In this document: positions 36,470 through 45,629 of the stretch, piece by piece
How positions within the stretch are numbered: position 1 is the first letter of the stretch
Layout: the number at the start of each line of letters is the position of its first letter
Source: Myxococcaceae bacterium
Lineage (GTDB): Bacteria > Myxococcota_A > Polyangia > Polyangiales > Ga0077539
Length of the DNA: 64,000 bases
Reading direction: 5' to 3'
Assembly: GCA_004297725.1 (NCBI GenBank)
Contig: SCUS01000042.1
Coordinates: forward strand, 1,048 to 65,047
Position numbers and translations under genes: made by a program
Notes under the pieces: model-generated
What the model saw: only the letters and a program-made list of their open reading frames with translations
Databases searched by the model: none
What the model was told of the DNA's origin: nothing

Positions 36470-37369
36470 CTACCGAGACACCATCGCGCCCCGCGCGTGC
36501 ACCGTGAGCGCGCGCATCGTCACGGCCGTTCCCACCCGGTCGTAGGCCGCGCGCATCGCCGCCGAGACCTTCGCCACGCGCTCCCGGTCGTCGCGCACCA
36601 GCGCGATGGACGACGAGCCCGCGCCCGAGAGGAAGGCCCCGATGGCGCCCGCCTGCTGCGCCGCGGAGATCGCCTCGGGGAGCCCCGGCAGGAGGGGCGC
36701 CCGGTACGGCTGGTGGAACGCGTCGCGGAAGGCCCAGGCAAGCCCGTCGGTGCGCCCGTCGCGCAGCGCGTGGGAGAGAAACACCGCGCGCCCGAGGCTG
36801 GCCGTCGCGGCCTTGTGGTCGAGCGTCGCCGGGAGCGCTCCCCGGGAGGCCTTCGTGGGAAACATCCCCTCCGGGGAGGCCACCACCGCGCGCACGTCCG
36901 CGAGGCTGGAGATGCACGCCGCGTGGACGTCCTCGTCGACCACCGCGCAGCACAGCCCCCCGAGGATCGCCGGCGCCGCGTTGTCGGGGTGCCCTTCGAC
37001 CCGGGTGGCGGCGCGGAGCACGTCGATGGGGTCGTGCGCGCGCCCGGCGAGCGCGTCGGCGGCCATCACGCCGGCGACCACCGCGGCGGCGCTCGATCCA
37101 AGCCCGCGGCCCGTGGGGATGGCGCTGCGCAGCGTGGCGGCGAAGGGGTCGTCGGCGAGGCCGAGGGCGCTGCGGCGGTGAGAGAGCGCCCGAAGGAAGA
37201 GGTCGTCGGCGTCGGTCACGGCGGAGAAGAGCTCGTCGCCGTGGCGGGTGACGGTGCGCGCCTCCGAGGGGCGGAGCTCGACGTCGAGGGAGAGCGAGAG
37301 CGCGAGGCCCAGGCTGTCGAAGCCGGGGCCCAGGTTGCTGGTGGAGCAGGGGACCGAAATGCGGATCAT
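36470..37369 (-). CDS. thrB: Homoserine kinase
   Basis: N-terminal VPCSTSNLGPGFDSLGLAL and GHMP kinase motif PTGRGLGSSAAAVVAGV. Confidence 0.9.
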   Translation of the reverse strand: MIRISVPCSTSNLGPGFDSLGLALSLSLDVELRPSEARTVTRHGDELFSAVTDADDLFLRALSHRRSALGLADDPFAATLRSAIPTGRGLGSSAAAVVAGVMAADALAGRAHDPIDVLRAATRVEGHPDNAAPAILGGLCCAVVDEDVHAACISSLADVRAVVASPEGMFPTKASRGALPATLDHKAATASLGRAVFLSHALRDGRTDGLAWAFRDAFHQPYRAPLLPGLPEAISAAQQAGAIGAFLSGAGSSSIALVRDDRERVAKVSAAMRAAYDRVGTAVTMRALTVHARGAMVSR

Positions 37370-37407
37370 GGGCGGCCCACTCTACCGCCGGGCGAGCACC
37401 GCGGGGT

Positions 37408-40400
37408 TCACCCGACGACAGGAAGGGCGCGGAGGTGCCGATGCCCGGTGGAGCACTTCGCCTTCCAGCCGCAGCGGGCGCAGTCGCGGGACGGTCCCCG
37501 GTCGCCGCGGGCGATGGCGTCGGCGAGGTCGGCGAGGCGGTCGTGGGTCGCCTCGGGGTCGAAGGGGTCGGTGAGCGTCAGCAGCGTCCCGGCCGCGGGG
37601 ATCGCCAGGTGGCGGCCCAGCACGGGCATCCCCGTGAGGCGGTGGAGCGCGAGCGCGTAGGCGTCGAGCTGCGGCCGGTAGTAGCCCGCCCAGCGGGGCA
37701 GGTCGGCGCTGCGCAGCGGGTGGGTCTTCAGGTCGATGACGTGGAGCCCGTCGCCCGCGCGAACCACGAGGTCGACGATGCCGTGCAGGGTGGTGCCGCG
37801 CAGGTCGAGCACGAAGGGGATCTCCCTCGCGGGCTCGGCCACGGCGCGCAGCTTGTTCACGCAGGCGCGCAGGCTCACCAGCGTGTCGACGATGAGCAGC
37901 GAGAGCGCGGCCCGGTGCTCACTCTGCCCGTGCTGGGTGAGCACCGCGTCGGCGAGCTGCTCGTCCGTGGGGTCGTAGGCGCTGGGCGCGAGGAGGCTCG
38001 CCTTGCTTACCGCAGCGTGCACCAGCAGACCGACGCGGGAGGGAGCCACCTGGTCGCGCTCGATGGCGAGCCGCGACGCATACGCGTTGGGGACGCCCAC
38101 CCGCAGCACCTCGGCCCCTTCGCTCCGGGCCATCAGGTGCTCGCCGTGATGCACCCTCGCGAGGGTCAGCACCTCGGGGCAGTCGGCGACCTTGCAGAGA
38201 TCCGTCGGCGTCACCCGGGCGAGCAGGGCCACCGTGCTCCTCGGGGCGTCCGCGGCGGTCGGCGCCGAGGGGTCGTCGACGAGGGCCCGCCAGGGGGCGA
38301 GGTCGACCGGAGGCGGCGCGGCGGGCTGCGCCTCGGGGCCCGCCTCGGCGGCGGTGAAGACCCGGACGGCGGCGTCGATCCAGCGAGCGTCGACGCCCTC
38401 GGCACGGCCCTCGGGGAGGTCCGGGAGCATCGGCCCGAGGGCGTCGCGGAGGAGGTAGCGGCTGCTGCTGGCTGCGAGCGTGGGCCACGTCACCAGCAGG
38501 TGGTCGCGCGCCCGGGTGACGCCCACGTAGAGCAGGCGGAGGGACTCTCGCAGCTCCTCGGCGAGGTCGCCCAGGCGCACCCGCAGCAGCTCGTCGACCG
38601 GGGGCATCCCCGTCTCGGGGATACACCGCACGGTAAAGCTACGGAGCGCGTCGGGTCGCAGCAGCGCGGCCGCGTCGGTCGGTCGCAGCACGTCGACGCG
38701 GGGCACCCGCACCTTGAGCTCGGTGTGCAGCAGGTCGACCAGCACCACCGGAAACTCCAGCCCCTTGGCGCCGTGGAGGGTCATCAGCCGTACGGCGTCG
38801 ACGTCGTCGTGCAGGGCGACCGGCTGCCTCGGCTTCTCGTAGGAGAGCGCGTCGAGGTGCAGCAGCAGGTTCTCCAGCGTGGCGCCGGTCGCACCGCCGA
38901 GCTCCAGCGCGTGGTCTCGCCGGCCGCCGAGCGCGTGCGCCTCGGCCACCAGCCAGCCGAGGTTGGCGCCGAGCTGCGCGGCCTGCGCGGCGTCGCAGCG
39001 GAGGGCGAGGCGCTCCCGGAGGCTCACCCGCTCCAGCACCAGCTCGGTGGCCTCTCCCAGCGGGAGCGAGCGGAGCGCGTCGCGGCAGTGCCGGAGGTCG
39101 GCGTCGCAGCGCTCCAGGGCGCGGCGCTCGAAGTCCGTGAGGGGAAGGCGCTCGGGCTCGCTGGTGGCGAGCTCCAGGGCGCGACGGGGAGAGCCGCTGA
39201 GCTTCTCCACCGAGAGGGCGACCACGGTGCGCTGGCGCAGCCCGTAGAGCTCGGAGAGCAGCACCATGGCGCTGGCCGACCGGTCGCGCGGGGAGGCCAG
39301 CATCGCCAGCCACGCGCGCGCCAGCCGGATCTCCAGGGTGTCGAAGAGGCCGTCGGACTCCTGGAGCACCGGGAGCCCTCGGGCCCGCAGCGCCTCGGCC
39401 CACTGGGAGAGCTGCGAGCGCTGGCGGCCGAGCACGGCGATGTCGCCAGGGCGGACGGGGCGGAAGGCGCGGGTCGAGCGGTCGAGCACCGTGAGGCCGG
39501 AGCGCAGGAGGTCGCGGATGCGGTCGGCGCCGAGGTCGATGCGGGGGCCGTTGCGGTGGCTCGACGGGACGCGGAGGAGCTCCACGGCACCGATGCTGGG
39601 AGGGGCGTCGGCGCGGGTGTAGTCGTTGTCCGCGGTGAGCGGGTCGAAGGGGATGCCCTGGCGAGGGAGCACCCGGGAGAAGAGCTCGTTGGCGAAGCGC
39701 ACGAGCTCCGGGCGGGAGCGGCGGGAGCGGTCGAGCACCTCCGGGGGAGTTCCGGACTCGGAGGACCAGGTGAGGAGCGCGCTGAAGAGGGAGGAGTCGG
39801 CGCCGCGGAAGCCGTAGATGGCCTGCTTCAGGTCGCCGACGTAGCAGACCTCCGCGCCCGCCGAGCGCAGCACCTCGAAGAGCCTGAACTGCAGCGGGCT
39901 CGTGTCCTGGAACTCATCGACCACGATGTACGGCAGCTCCGCCACGACGGAGCGCGCGTAGCGGTCGTCGGGCTCCGTGAGCAGCCCGAGCGCCCGCCGC
40001 TGCATCTCCTCGAAGTCGAGCGCGCCGCGGCGCTGCTTCTCGTCGCCGTAGCCCTTCGCGGCGGCGGCGCCCAGGTGGAAGAGGCGCTGCACCGCGGCGT
40101 CGATGCGGCCCCGGGCGTCGGGGTGCAGCAGCGCCATCGCCTCGGCCGCGGGGAGCAGCGCGGGCAGCTCCTTGGAGAAGGTCTTGGTGGGCTTCGCGGC
40201 CCGCAGCACTCGGATCGCCGCGTCGAGCAGGTCGCCCGGCATGTTGCGTCGCAGCAGGCGAAGCTCCCGGCGGATGCCGTCGTCGCCCACGCGGGCCTTG
40301 GCGCGGAGGTCGAGCCAGTCGAAGGCCTCGTCGAGGGCGGCGCGGAAGGTCGCGTCGAGGGTCGCGCCGTCGAGCGGTGGGGAGAAGGCGCTCGCGATCC

Positions 40401-40878
40401 AGGCGGCGGCGAGCGGGGCCTCGCGTCGGAGGTCCTCGTCGTCCTTGCCGAGGGAGCGGGCCTTCTCGACCAGCGTGGCGATGAGCTGCGCCGTGTCCTC
40501 CTCGAGCTCCGCCCCGTCGGCGCGCAGGGCGGCCTGGAGCGCCCGGTGGAAGAGCGCCGAGGCCTCGTCCTGCTCCAGCACCATCGGGTCGGGCGGGAGC
40601 GCCGCGGGCAGCGGGAATCGCCGCAGCAGGGTGAGGGCGAAGCGGTGGATGGTGCAGATGTTCGCGCGCTCCACCCTCGCGGCCTCGGCGGTGAGCCCCC
40701 GCTGCTGGAGCCCGGCGCGGATGCGGTCCTGCAGCTCGCTGGCGGCGGCCTCGGTGAAGGTCACCGCCGCGATGCGGTCGAGCGCGAGGCCCGCCTCCAC
40801 GCGGGAGACGACCTCCTGCACGATGCGCCAGGTCTTGCCGCTCCCGGCGCCCGCGGAGACCAGCCGCAGGGTGCTCAC
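37408..40878 (-). CDS. UvrD/Rep-family helicase fused to a PD-(D/E)xK nuclease (AddA/RecB-like subunit)
   Basis: Walker A SAGAGSGKT, motif II VVDEFQDTSPLQ, motif III VGDLKQAIYGFRGA, nuclease IVDLV...VIDLKT, and a C-terminal C-x2-C-x5-C. I preferred GTG 40878, which overlaps the upstream stop (GTGA). The track start is 40908. Confidence 0.85.
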   Translation of the reverse strand: MSTLRLVSAGAGSGKTWRIVQEVVSRVEAGLALDRIAAVTFTEAAASELQDRIRAGLQQRGLTAEAARVERANICTIHRFALTLLRRFPLPAALPPDPMVLEQDEASALFHRALQAALRADGAELEEDTAQLIATLVEKARSLGKDDEDLRREAPLAAAWIASAFSPPLDGATLDATFRAALDEAFDWLDLRAKARVGDDGIRRELRLLRRNMPGDLLDAAIRVLRAAKPTKTFSKELPALLPAAEAMALLHPDARGRIDAAVQRLFHLGAAAAKGYGDEKQRRGALDFEEMQRRALGLLTEPDDRYARSVVAELPYIVVDEFQDTSPLQFRLFEVLRSAGAEVCYVGDLKQAIYGFRGADSSLFSALLTWSSESGTPPEVLDRSRRSRPELVRFANELFSRVLPRQGIPFDPLTADNDYTRADAPPSIGAVELLRVPSSHRNGPRIDLGADRIRDLLRSGLTVLDRSTRAFRPVRPGDIAVLGRQRSQLSQWAEALRARGLPVLQESDGLFDTLEIRLARAWLAMLASPRDRSASAMVLLSELYGLRQRTVVALSVEKLSGSPRRALELATSEPERLPLTDFERRALERCDADLRHCRDALRSLPLGEATELVLERVSLRERLALRCDAAQAAQLGANLGWLVAEAHALGGRRDHALELGGATGATLENLLLHLDALSYEKPRQPVALHDDVDAVRLMTLHGAKGLEFPVVLVDLLHTELKVRVPRVDVLRPTDAAALLRPDALRSFTVRCIPETGMPPVDELLRVRLGDLAEELRESLRLLYVGVTRARDHLLVTWPTLAASSSRYLLRDALGPMLPDLPEGRAEGVDARWIDAAVRVFTAAEAGPEAQPAAPPPVDLAPWRALVDDPSAPTAADAPRSTVALLARVTPTDLCKVADCPEVLTLARVHHGEHLMARSEGAEVLRVGVPNAYASRLAIERDQVAPSRVGLLVHAAVSKASLLAPSAYDPTDEQLADAVLTQHGQSEHRAALSLLIVDTLVSLRACVNKLRAVAEPAREIPFVLDLRGTTLHGIVDLVVRAGDGLHVIDLKTHPLRSADLPRWAGYYRPQLDAYALALHRLTGMPVLGRHLAIPAAGTLLTLTDPFDPEATHDRLADLADAIARGDRGPSRDCARCGWKAKCSTGHRHLRALPVVG

Positions 40879-43800
40879 GAGGCTCCTCCGGCGAGGCCCA
40901 CGCGGCACCCGAGCCGAGCGTCGCAGCGGGGGCAGGGGAGCGCCTTCACCTTCTCGAGGCTCTCCGCGCGGTCGGCGTCGAGGGGGGCGAAGAGGCCCTC
41001 TTCTTCGTCGATGGTGGCCAGCGCCTCGGCGATGCGGGCGCTCGCCGCGGTGGCGTGGTCGTCGAGGGTGAGCTGGGCCTTGTGGATCAGCTCGTTGCGC
41101 ACGGCGCCCGAGACCACGGCGTCGAGCACCGCGTCGGCGTCCGGCGCCTCCTCGGCGGTCATCACGTCGACCGCCGACGAGGAGAGGTTGAGGCGCATCA
41201 CGGCGCCCGCTCCCTGCGCCAGCAGCGCTCCCTCCACGTCGAGCCCGACGTCCCGGCGCGACGGCAGCGACGAGGCCCTGGCGCGGGTGAGCTGCACCAG
41301 CACCGGGGTCTCGGCGCCGCCCTCGTGGGTGACGCGCAGCGTGGTGGCGACGGGCATCTCGACCAGCAGGGGAGATCCGTCGTCGAGCGAGAGCAGCGGC
41401 CGGGGGGAGGCCTCGGCGACGGGCTCGACCGTGGCGCCGGCGACGGCGTGGCGCAGCTCCAGGTAGCGGTCGGCGAGGTCGAGGCAGTCGGCCACGAGCG
41501 CTCGTCGGAGGTCTCGCTGGTCAGGGCGCTCGGACCAGGGAGCGTGCTGCTGCACCACCGACTCGACGGCCTCCTCGATGGCCTTGCGGGGCACCGAGGG
41601 AGAGCCCGCGAGGGCGTCGTCGAGCCTGGCCAGCACCGAGCGACCGACCACGTGGCGCACCGACTCGCTGAGGCGAGGACGGCGTCGAAGCGGCGCGGGG
41701 CGCAGGTCGAGCAGCGAGGTCATGAGGTAGCGGTAGTGGCAGGTGAGCAGGGACTCGAGGTCGGCGGCGTCGTGGAGGCGGGAGCGCACCAGGGAGCGCA
41801 CCAGCGCCCCGACGGAGAAGCTCCGGTCGGGGCGTAGCCGGGCGGCGAAGAGGTCGCGCCAGGCGAGGTCCGAGCGGGCGAGCTCGGCGCCCGAGGCGAG
41901 CGCGGCGGAGAGGTCCCCGCGGCCGAGGTCTCGGATGGTCGCGGCGGCGCGGGAGCGGGGCGCGGACGAGGGGAGCTCCCGCGGAGGGGTGGCGCTGTCG
42001 GGCAGGCGGTCGAGCAGGTCGCGGAGCGCGAGGGCCACCTCGCCGTGGTCGCCGTCGGCGGTGCGTCGGGGGGAGAGCAGCACCAGGCGACGGCGGGGAG
42101 AGGAGAGCATCCGGAGCGTGGCGCGGCGCGCGAGGGCGTGGAGCACCTCCTCGTCGGGCAGCGCCCGGAGGTCGTCGGAGAGCGTGGCGAGGAGCGCTCG
42201 CTCGGCGGGCCCGAGGAGCAGCGAGGGGCCGGGGATGCGGGGATGGCGCCCGCGGAGGAAGCCCGTGACGATCAGGACGCCCGGGTGGTCGCAGCGCCAG
42301 GAGTCCTCGCCGAGGAGCGCGACGCCGTCGCGGCGGGCGGCGGGCGCGCTGTCGCGGAGTACGGGGAAGGTGGCCTCGAGGTCGGTGAGCAGGCGCTCCA
42401 CGTCGTGGAGGCGGCGGGAGCGATGGGGGGCGCTCGCGAGGCGTCGGCGCACCAGGTCGAGGGCCGAGCGGATGGCGTCGGCGGCGGCGATCCAGACGGC
42501 GCAGGCGCGAGGGTCGTGGACGGCGCGGGCGATGGCCTCGGGGTCGAGCAGCGGGACGACGACGCCCTCGATGACCTCGGGGAGCAGGTCGGCGCGCTCG
42601 TCGGGAGAGCGGCGATGGAGGGGCCCCGCGGCCTCCCAGGCGGAGAAGAGCGGCCCCACGCGCTTGCGGATCTGCTCTCCGCGGGCGCGCCGCTCGGCGT
42701 CCGAGGGGTCGGGCGCGGCGTTGGAGGGGTCGGCCCCGATGGTGGCGTCCTCGACGGCGGTCGACTCGTCGAGGAGGGCGCGCACCTCGGCCCAGGTGGA
42801 GGGCACCCGGCGGCGGAGCTGGGAGAGGAAGTAGTCCCGGTCGGAGCCGTAGATGCCAGAGCCCGGAGCGGCGAGGACCGTGGCGAGGTCGATGGCGTCG
42901 GGGCCGTTCCAGGCGAGGCGCAGCGAGGCGCGGACGATCTGCCAGAGCGGCGACTGCTGCACCGGGAGCGATCCGCCGCCGTTCCAGGGGATGCCCCATC
43001 GGTCGAGGGCGCGCGCCACGCGAGGCCACGCGCCGCACTCGGGCCCGCAGACCACGGCGACGTCCTCCGCGGTCCCACCCGCGGAGAGGTGCGCGTCGAT
43101 GAGCGCCGCGACGGCCTCGGCCTCCTCCAGCGGATCGGTCGCCAGGTGCACCGAGAGCGAGCCGTCGTCCGTGGCCGCCCTCGCGGCGCCTTCGCGGAGC
43201 GCATCGAGCAGCGTGGCGGCGGTGGCGTCGGGGTCGAGCGGGTCGACCGGTTGGTCGATCCAGGGAGGGAGCGAGACCGTCGCCCCGCAGGCCGCAGCCA
43301 GCGTGAGGGCGTGGCGCTCGCGGGGGGAGAGCCGGTCGGTGCCGTCGACCCAGAGCAGCACGCCGCGCAGCGCCGGGCGGGGGGGAGCGAGCGCCACCCG
43401 GGCGAGGCGGTCGGGGAGGTCCGTCGAGGCGGTGGCCGCGAGGTGCGCGGACAGGGCGACGTTTACCTTGGAGAGTATGCCCAGGTGGCCGAGCGCGACG
43501 CGGGCGGCGTGGGCGTCGGCGGGCGAGGGGAGCTCACCGTCCCAGCCGTGGAGGCGGAGCGTGTCGATGACCCCGGCCACGGCGTGGGCCACGTCGAGGG
43601 CGTTGCCCCGGAGGGCGGCGGTGAGCGCGCGGTCGTGGGCGGCGGCCTGCTCCAGGGCGGACTCCACCACCAGCAGCCGGTCGGAGGGAGCGAGGAGCGG
43701 GCGAGACTCGAGGCCCAGGCGGTGCTCCATCAGGTCGAGCGCGCCGTGCCAGTCGAGGGGGTGGATCCAGCCGCCGCCCGCGCGGGCGATGTGGTCGAGG

Positions 43801-43931
43801 AGCGCGCCCCGGCGGCCCTCGTGGGGGCAGAGCAGCCAGAGCGGGCCGTCGAGCCCGCGGGAGCGCACGGCGGAGAGCAGCGCCTGGACCCGCGCCTCCT
43901 CGCGCGCGGGAGTGAACGCGGTGGCGGTCAT
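40875..43931 (-). CDS. AddB-like PD-(D/E)xK nuclease-family subunit of the helicase-nuclease complex
   Basis: Start at ATG 43931 (MTATAFTPAREE), overlapping the plsC stop (ATGA). C-terminal C-x2-C-x5-C (CPRCDARLGC) is typical of Fe-S AddB nuclease domains. The Arg-rich 132-codon N-terminal extension of the track ORF was rejected. Confidence 0.7.
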   Translation of the reverse strand: MTATAFTPAREEARVQALLSAVRSRGLDGPLWLLCPHEGRRGALLDHIARAGGGWIHPLDWHGALDLMEHRLGLESRPLLAPSDRLLVVESALEQAAAHDRALTAALRGNALDVAHAVAGVIDTLRLHGWDGELPSPADAHAARVALGHLGILSKVNVALSAHLAATASTDLPDRLARVALAPPRPALRGVLLWVDGTDRLSPRERHALTLAAACGATVSLPPWIDQPVDPLDPDATAATLLDALREGAARAATDDGSLSVHLATDPLEEAEAVAALIDAHLSAGGTAEDVAVVCGPECGAWPRVARALDRWGIPWNGGGSLPVQQSPLWQIVRASLRLAWNGPDAIDLATVLAAPGSGIYGSDRDYFLSQLRRRVPSTWAEVRALLDESTAVEDATIGADPSNAAPDPSDAERRARGEQIRKRVGPLFSAWEAAGPLHRRSPDERADLLPEVIEGVVVPLLDPEAIARAVHDPRACAVWIAAADAIRSALDLVRRRLASAPHRSRRLHDVERLLTDLEATFPVLRDSAPAARRDGVALLGEDSWRCDHPGVLIVTGFLRGRHPRIPGPSLLLGPAERALLATLSDDLRALPDEEVLHALARRATLRMLSSPRRRLVLLSPRRTADGDHGEVALALRDLLDRLPDSATPPRELPSSAPRSRAAATIRDLGRGDLSAALASGAELARSDLAWRDLFAARLRPDRSFSVGALVRSLVRSRLHDAADLESLLTCHYRYLMTSLLDLRPAPLRRRPRLSESVRHVVGRSVLARLDDALAGSPSVPRKAIEEAVESVVQQHAPWSERPDQRDLRRALVADCLDLADRYLELRHAVAGATVEPVAEASPRPLLSLDDGSPLLVEMPVATTLRVTHEGGAETPVLVQLTRARASSLPSRRDVGLDVEGALLAQGAGAVMRLNLSSSAVDVMTAEEAPDADAVLDAVVSGAVRNELIHKAQLTLDDHATAASARIAEALATIDEEEGLFAPLDADRAESLEKVKALPCPRCDARLGCRVGLAGGAS

Positions 43932-44641
43932 CGCGTGGGGGCGTCGCCCAGGCCGGAGGCGATGGCGTCGCGCACGGCGGCCATGAAGTCTTCGCGCGTC
44001 GCGAAGGCGTCGCGGCGGATGCGGGGGTGGATGGTGACGCGCACGCCCTGGTCGCGGCGGAGGTCCCAGGTGCGCGCCGGGAGGATGGTGGAGGTGCCGT
44101 GGATGGAGATGGGGAGCACCGGGACGTTCATCTCCTCGGCGAGCACGAAGCCTCCCTTCTTGAAGGGCAGGAGCGAGCCGTCGCGGCTGCGGGTGCCCTC
44201 CGGGGCGATCCAGACGAGCACGCCCTCGTCGAGCTTCGCCCGCGCCTCGCCGAGGCTTCGGATGGCGGCCTCGCGGTTGCGGCGGTCGACGAAGATGAAG
44301 CCCGAGGCGCGCATCGCGGCGCCCCACACGGGAACGCTCGCGAGCTCGACCTTGGAGACCATGCGCAGGCGCTGGTCGATCACCTGGAAGATCACCGGGA
44401 TGTCGTAGAGCGACTGGTGGTTGGACATCACGATCATCGGCGAGCGAGGGCTCAGGTGCTCGAAGCCCTGCGCCTCGATGCGGATGCCCACGTCGTCGAG
44501 GAGCGCCCGCGACCAGCTCTTCAGCCGGCGGTCGCAGGCGTCCATGCTGGTGCGACCGAGGAGCTGGTCGAGCACCGTGGGAAAGCTGATGGCGAGGGTT
44601 CGCGCGGTGGCGGTGGCGAGGGTCTGGATGCGGCCGGACAT
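43928..44641 (-). CDS. plsC: 1-acyl-sn-glycerol-3-phosphate acyltransferase
   Basis: Acyltransferase motifs NHQSLYDIPV (HxxxxD), FVDR and APEGTRS. Confidence 0.9.
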   Translation of the reverse strand: MSGRIQTLATATARTLAISFPTVLDQLLGRTSMDACDRRLKSWSRALLDDVGIRIEAQGFEHLSPRSPMIVMSNHQSLYDIPVIFQVIDQRLRMVSKVELASVPVWGAAMRASGFIFVDRRNREAAIRSLGEARAKLDEGVLVWIAPEGTRSRDGSLLPFKKGGFVLAEEMNVPVLPISIHGTSTILPARTWDLRRDQGVRVTIHPRIRRDAFATREDFMAAVRDAIASGLGDAPTR

Positions 44642-44724
44642 GTCGTGGGCGCCAGTAGGGGGGGTTGGGAGAGGGGCGCGCGAGACTACAACGGACCCGG
44701 CCGGCGGAGGGGCCCGTTGCGAGC

Positions 44725-45534
44725 TCAGAGCCCCCGGCCGCGGAGCCAGCTCAGGCAGTGCGCGGCGATCTCAGGCCAGCCGCTGTCGATGACGAGCGAG
44801 TGGCCGCGCCCCTCGAAGGCCTTGTACTCGGTGACCGCGGGAGAGGCCCCGTACTGCTTCAGCGCCCCCCGCACGACCGCCGAGGGGACCGTGTGGTCCA
44901 GCTCTCCAGCGAGCAGCAGGAGCGGCCCGCGGCTGGCGTTGGCGACGTTCACCCGGGTGGCCGCGTTGGGGTTGAGCGCCGCGGTGGCGGCCTGGAAGAG
45001 CGGGCGCGCCGGGGCGGGCATGGCGTACCTCGCGTAGAGCTCGCGGGACTCCGCTTCGGAGACGGCGTTGGTGAACGCGTAGCGGAACTGCGCCTCGGTG
45101 AGCGACACCGCGCGGTTGAAGTTGAAGGGGTTGGCCACCACCGGGAGCACGGCTCTCAGCGCCGAGGCGGGCAGCTCGAGCACCCCTTTGATGGGCGCCG
45201 GGTCGATGGCGATGGCCGCGGCGGCGAGGTCGCGACCCAGGAGGTTCTGCGCGAGGAGTCCGCCGAAGGAGTGGCCGATGACGATGGGCTTCTGGGGGAG
45301 CCCGGCGAGCTGCCCGGCGATGTGGTCGGCGATCTCGGCGACGCCGTAGCCCGCGAGCGCGCCGGGGTTGTTGCGCGTGGCCTCGGTGGTCTCCGAGTCG
45401 CCGGGCCAGCTCGCCGCGACGGCGTCGTAGCCGCTCTCGCGGAAGAGCCTGACCCAGGGGCTCCACGACTCGGCGTGGAGCCAGAGACCATGAACGAAGA
45501 CTACGGGCCTCCTGGAGGCGCTCTCGGATGACAT
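44725..45534 (-). CDS. Alpha/beta-fold hydrolase
   Basis: Oxyanion VVFVHGLW, nucleophile elbow IGHSFGG and late GRGHSL (His). Confidence 0.8.
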   Translation of the reverse strand: MSSESASRRPVVFVHGLWLHAESWSPWVRLFRESGYDAVAASWPGDSETTEATRNNPGALAGYGVAEIADHIAGQLAGLPQKPIVIGHSFGGLLAQNLLGRDLAAAAIAIDPAPIKGVLELPASALRAVLPVVANPFNFNRAVSLTEAQFRYAFTNAVSEAESRELYARYAMPAPARPLFQAATAALNPNAATRVNVANASRGPLLLLAGELDHTVPSAVVRGALKQYGASPAVTEYKAFEGRGHSLVIDSGWPEIAAHCLSWLRGRGL

Positions 45535-45629
45535 GCGTGCTTGGACCCCTTCGCGGAAAGCGTTCGCGCGTCCATACGTCGCGAGGGGCGCGGTCGGTTA
45601 CGTCGCGCCGGGGCGGTGGCTCCAGGCCG

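Noticed and set aside
43932-44327. The 132-codon N-terminal extension of the AddB-like ORF.
   Set aside because: The extension is almost pure Arg/Pro/Gly/His and overlaps plsC in another frame. ATG 43931 overlaps the plsC stop.
37435-44408. Plus-strand ORFs 37435-41466 (1343 aa) and 42045-44408 (787 aa).
   Set aside because: They are antisense to the AddA/AddB-like and plsC genes, which have Walker A, DExQD, nuclease and HxxxxD motifs. Composition is degenerate.
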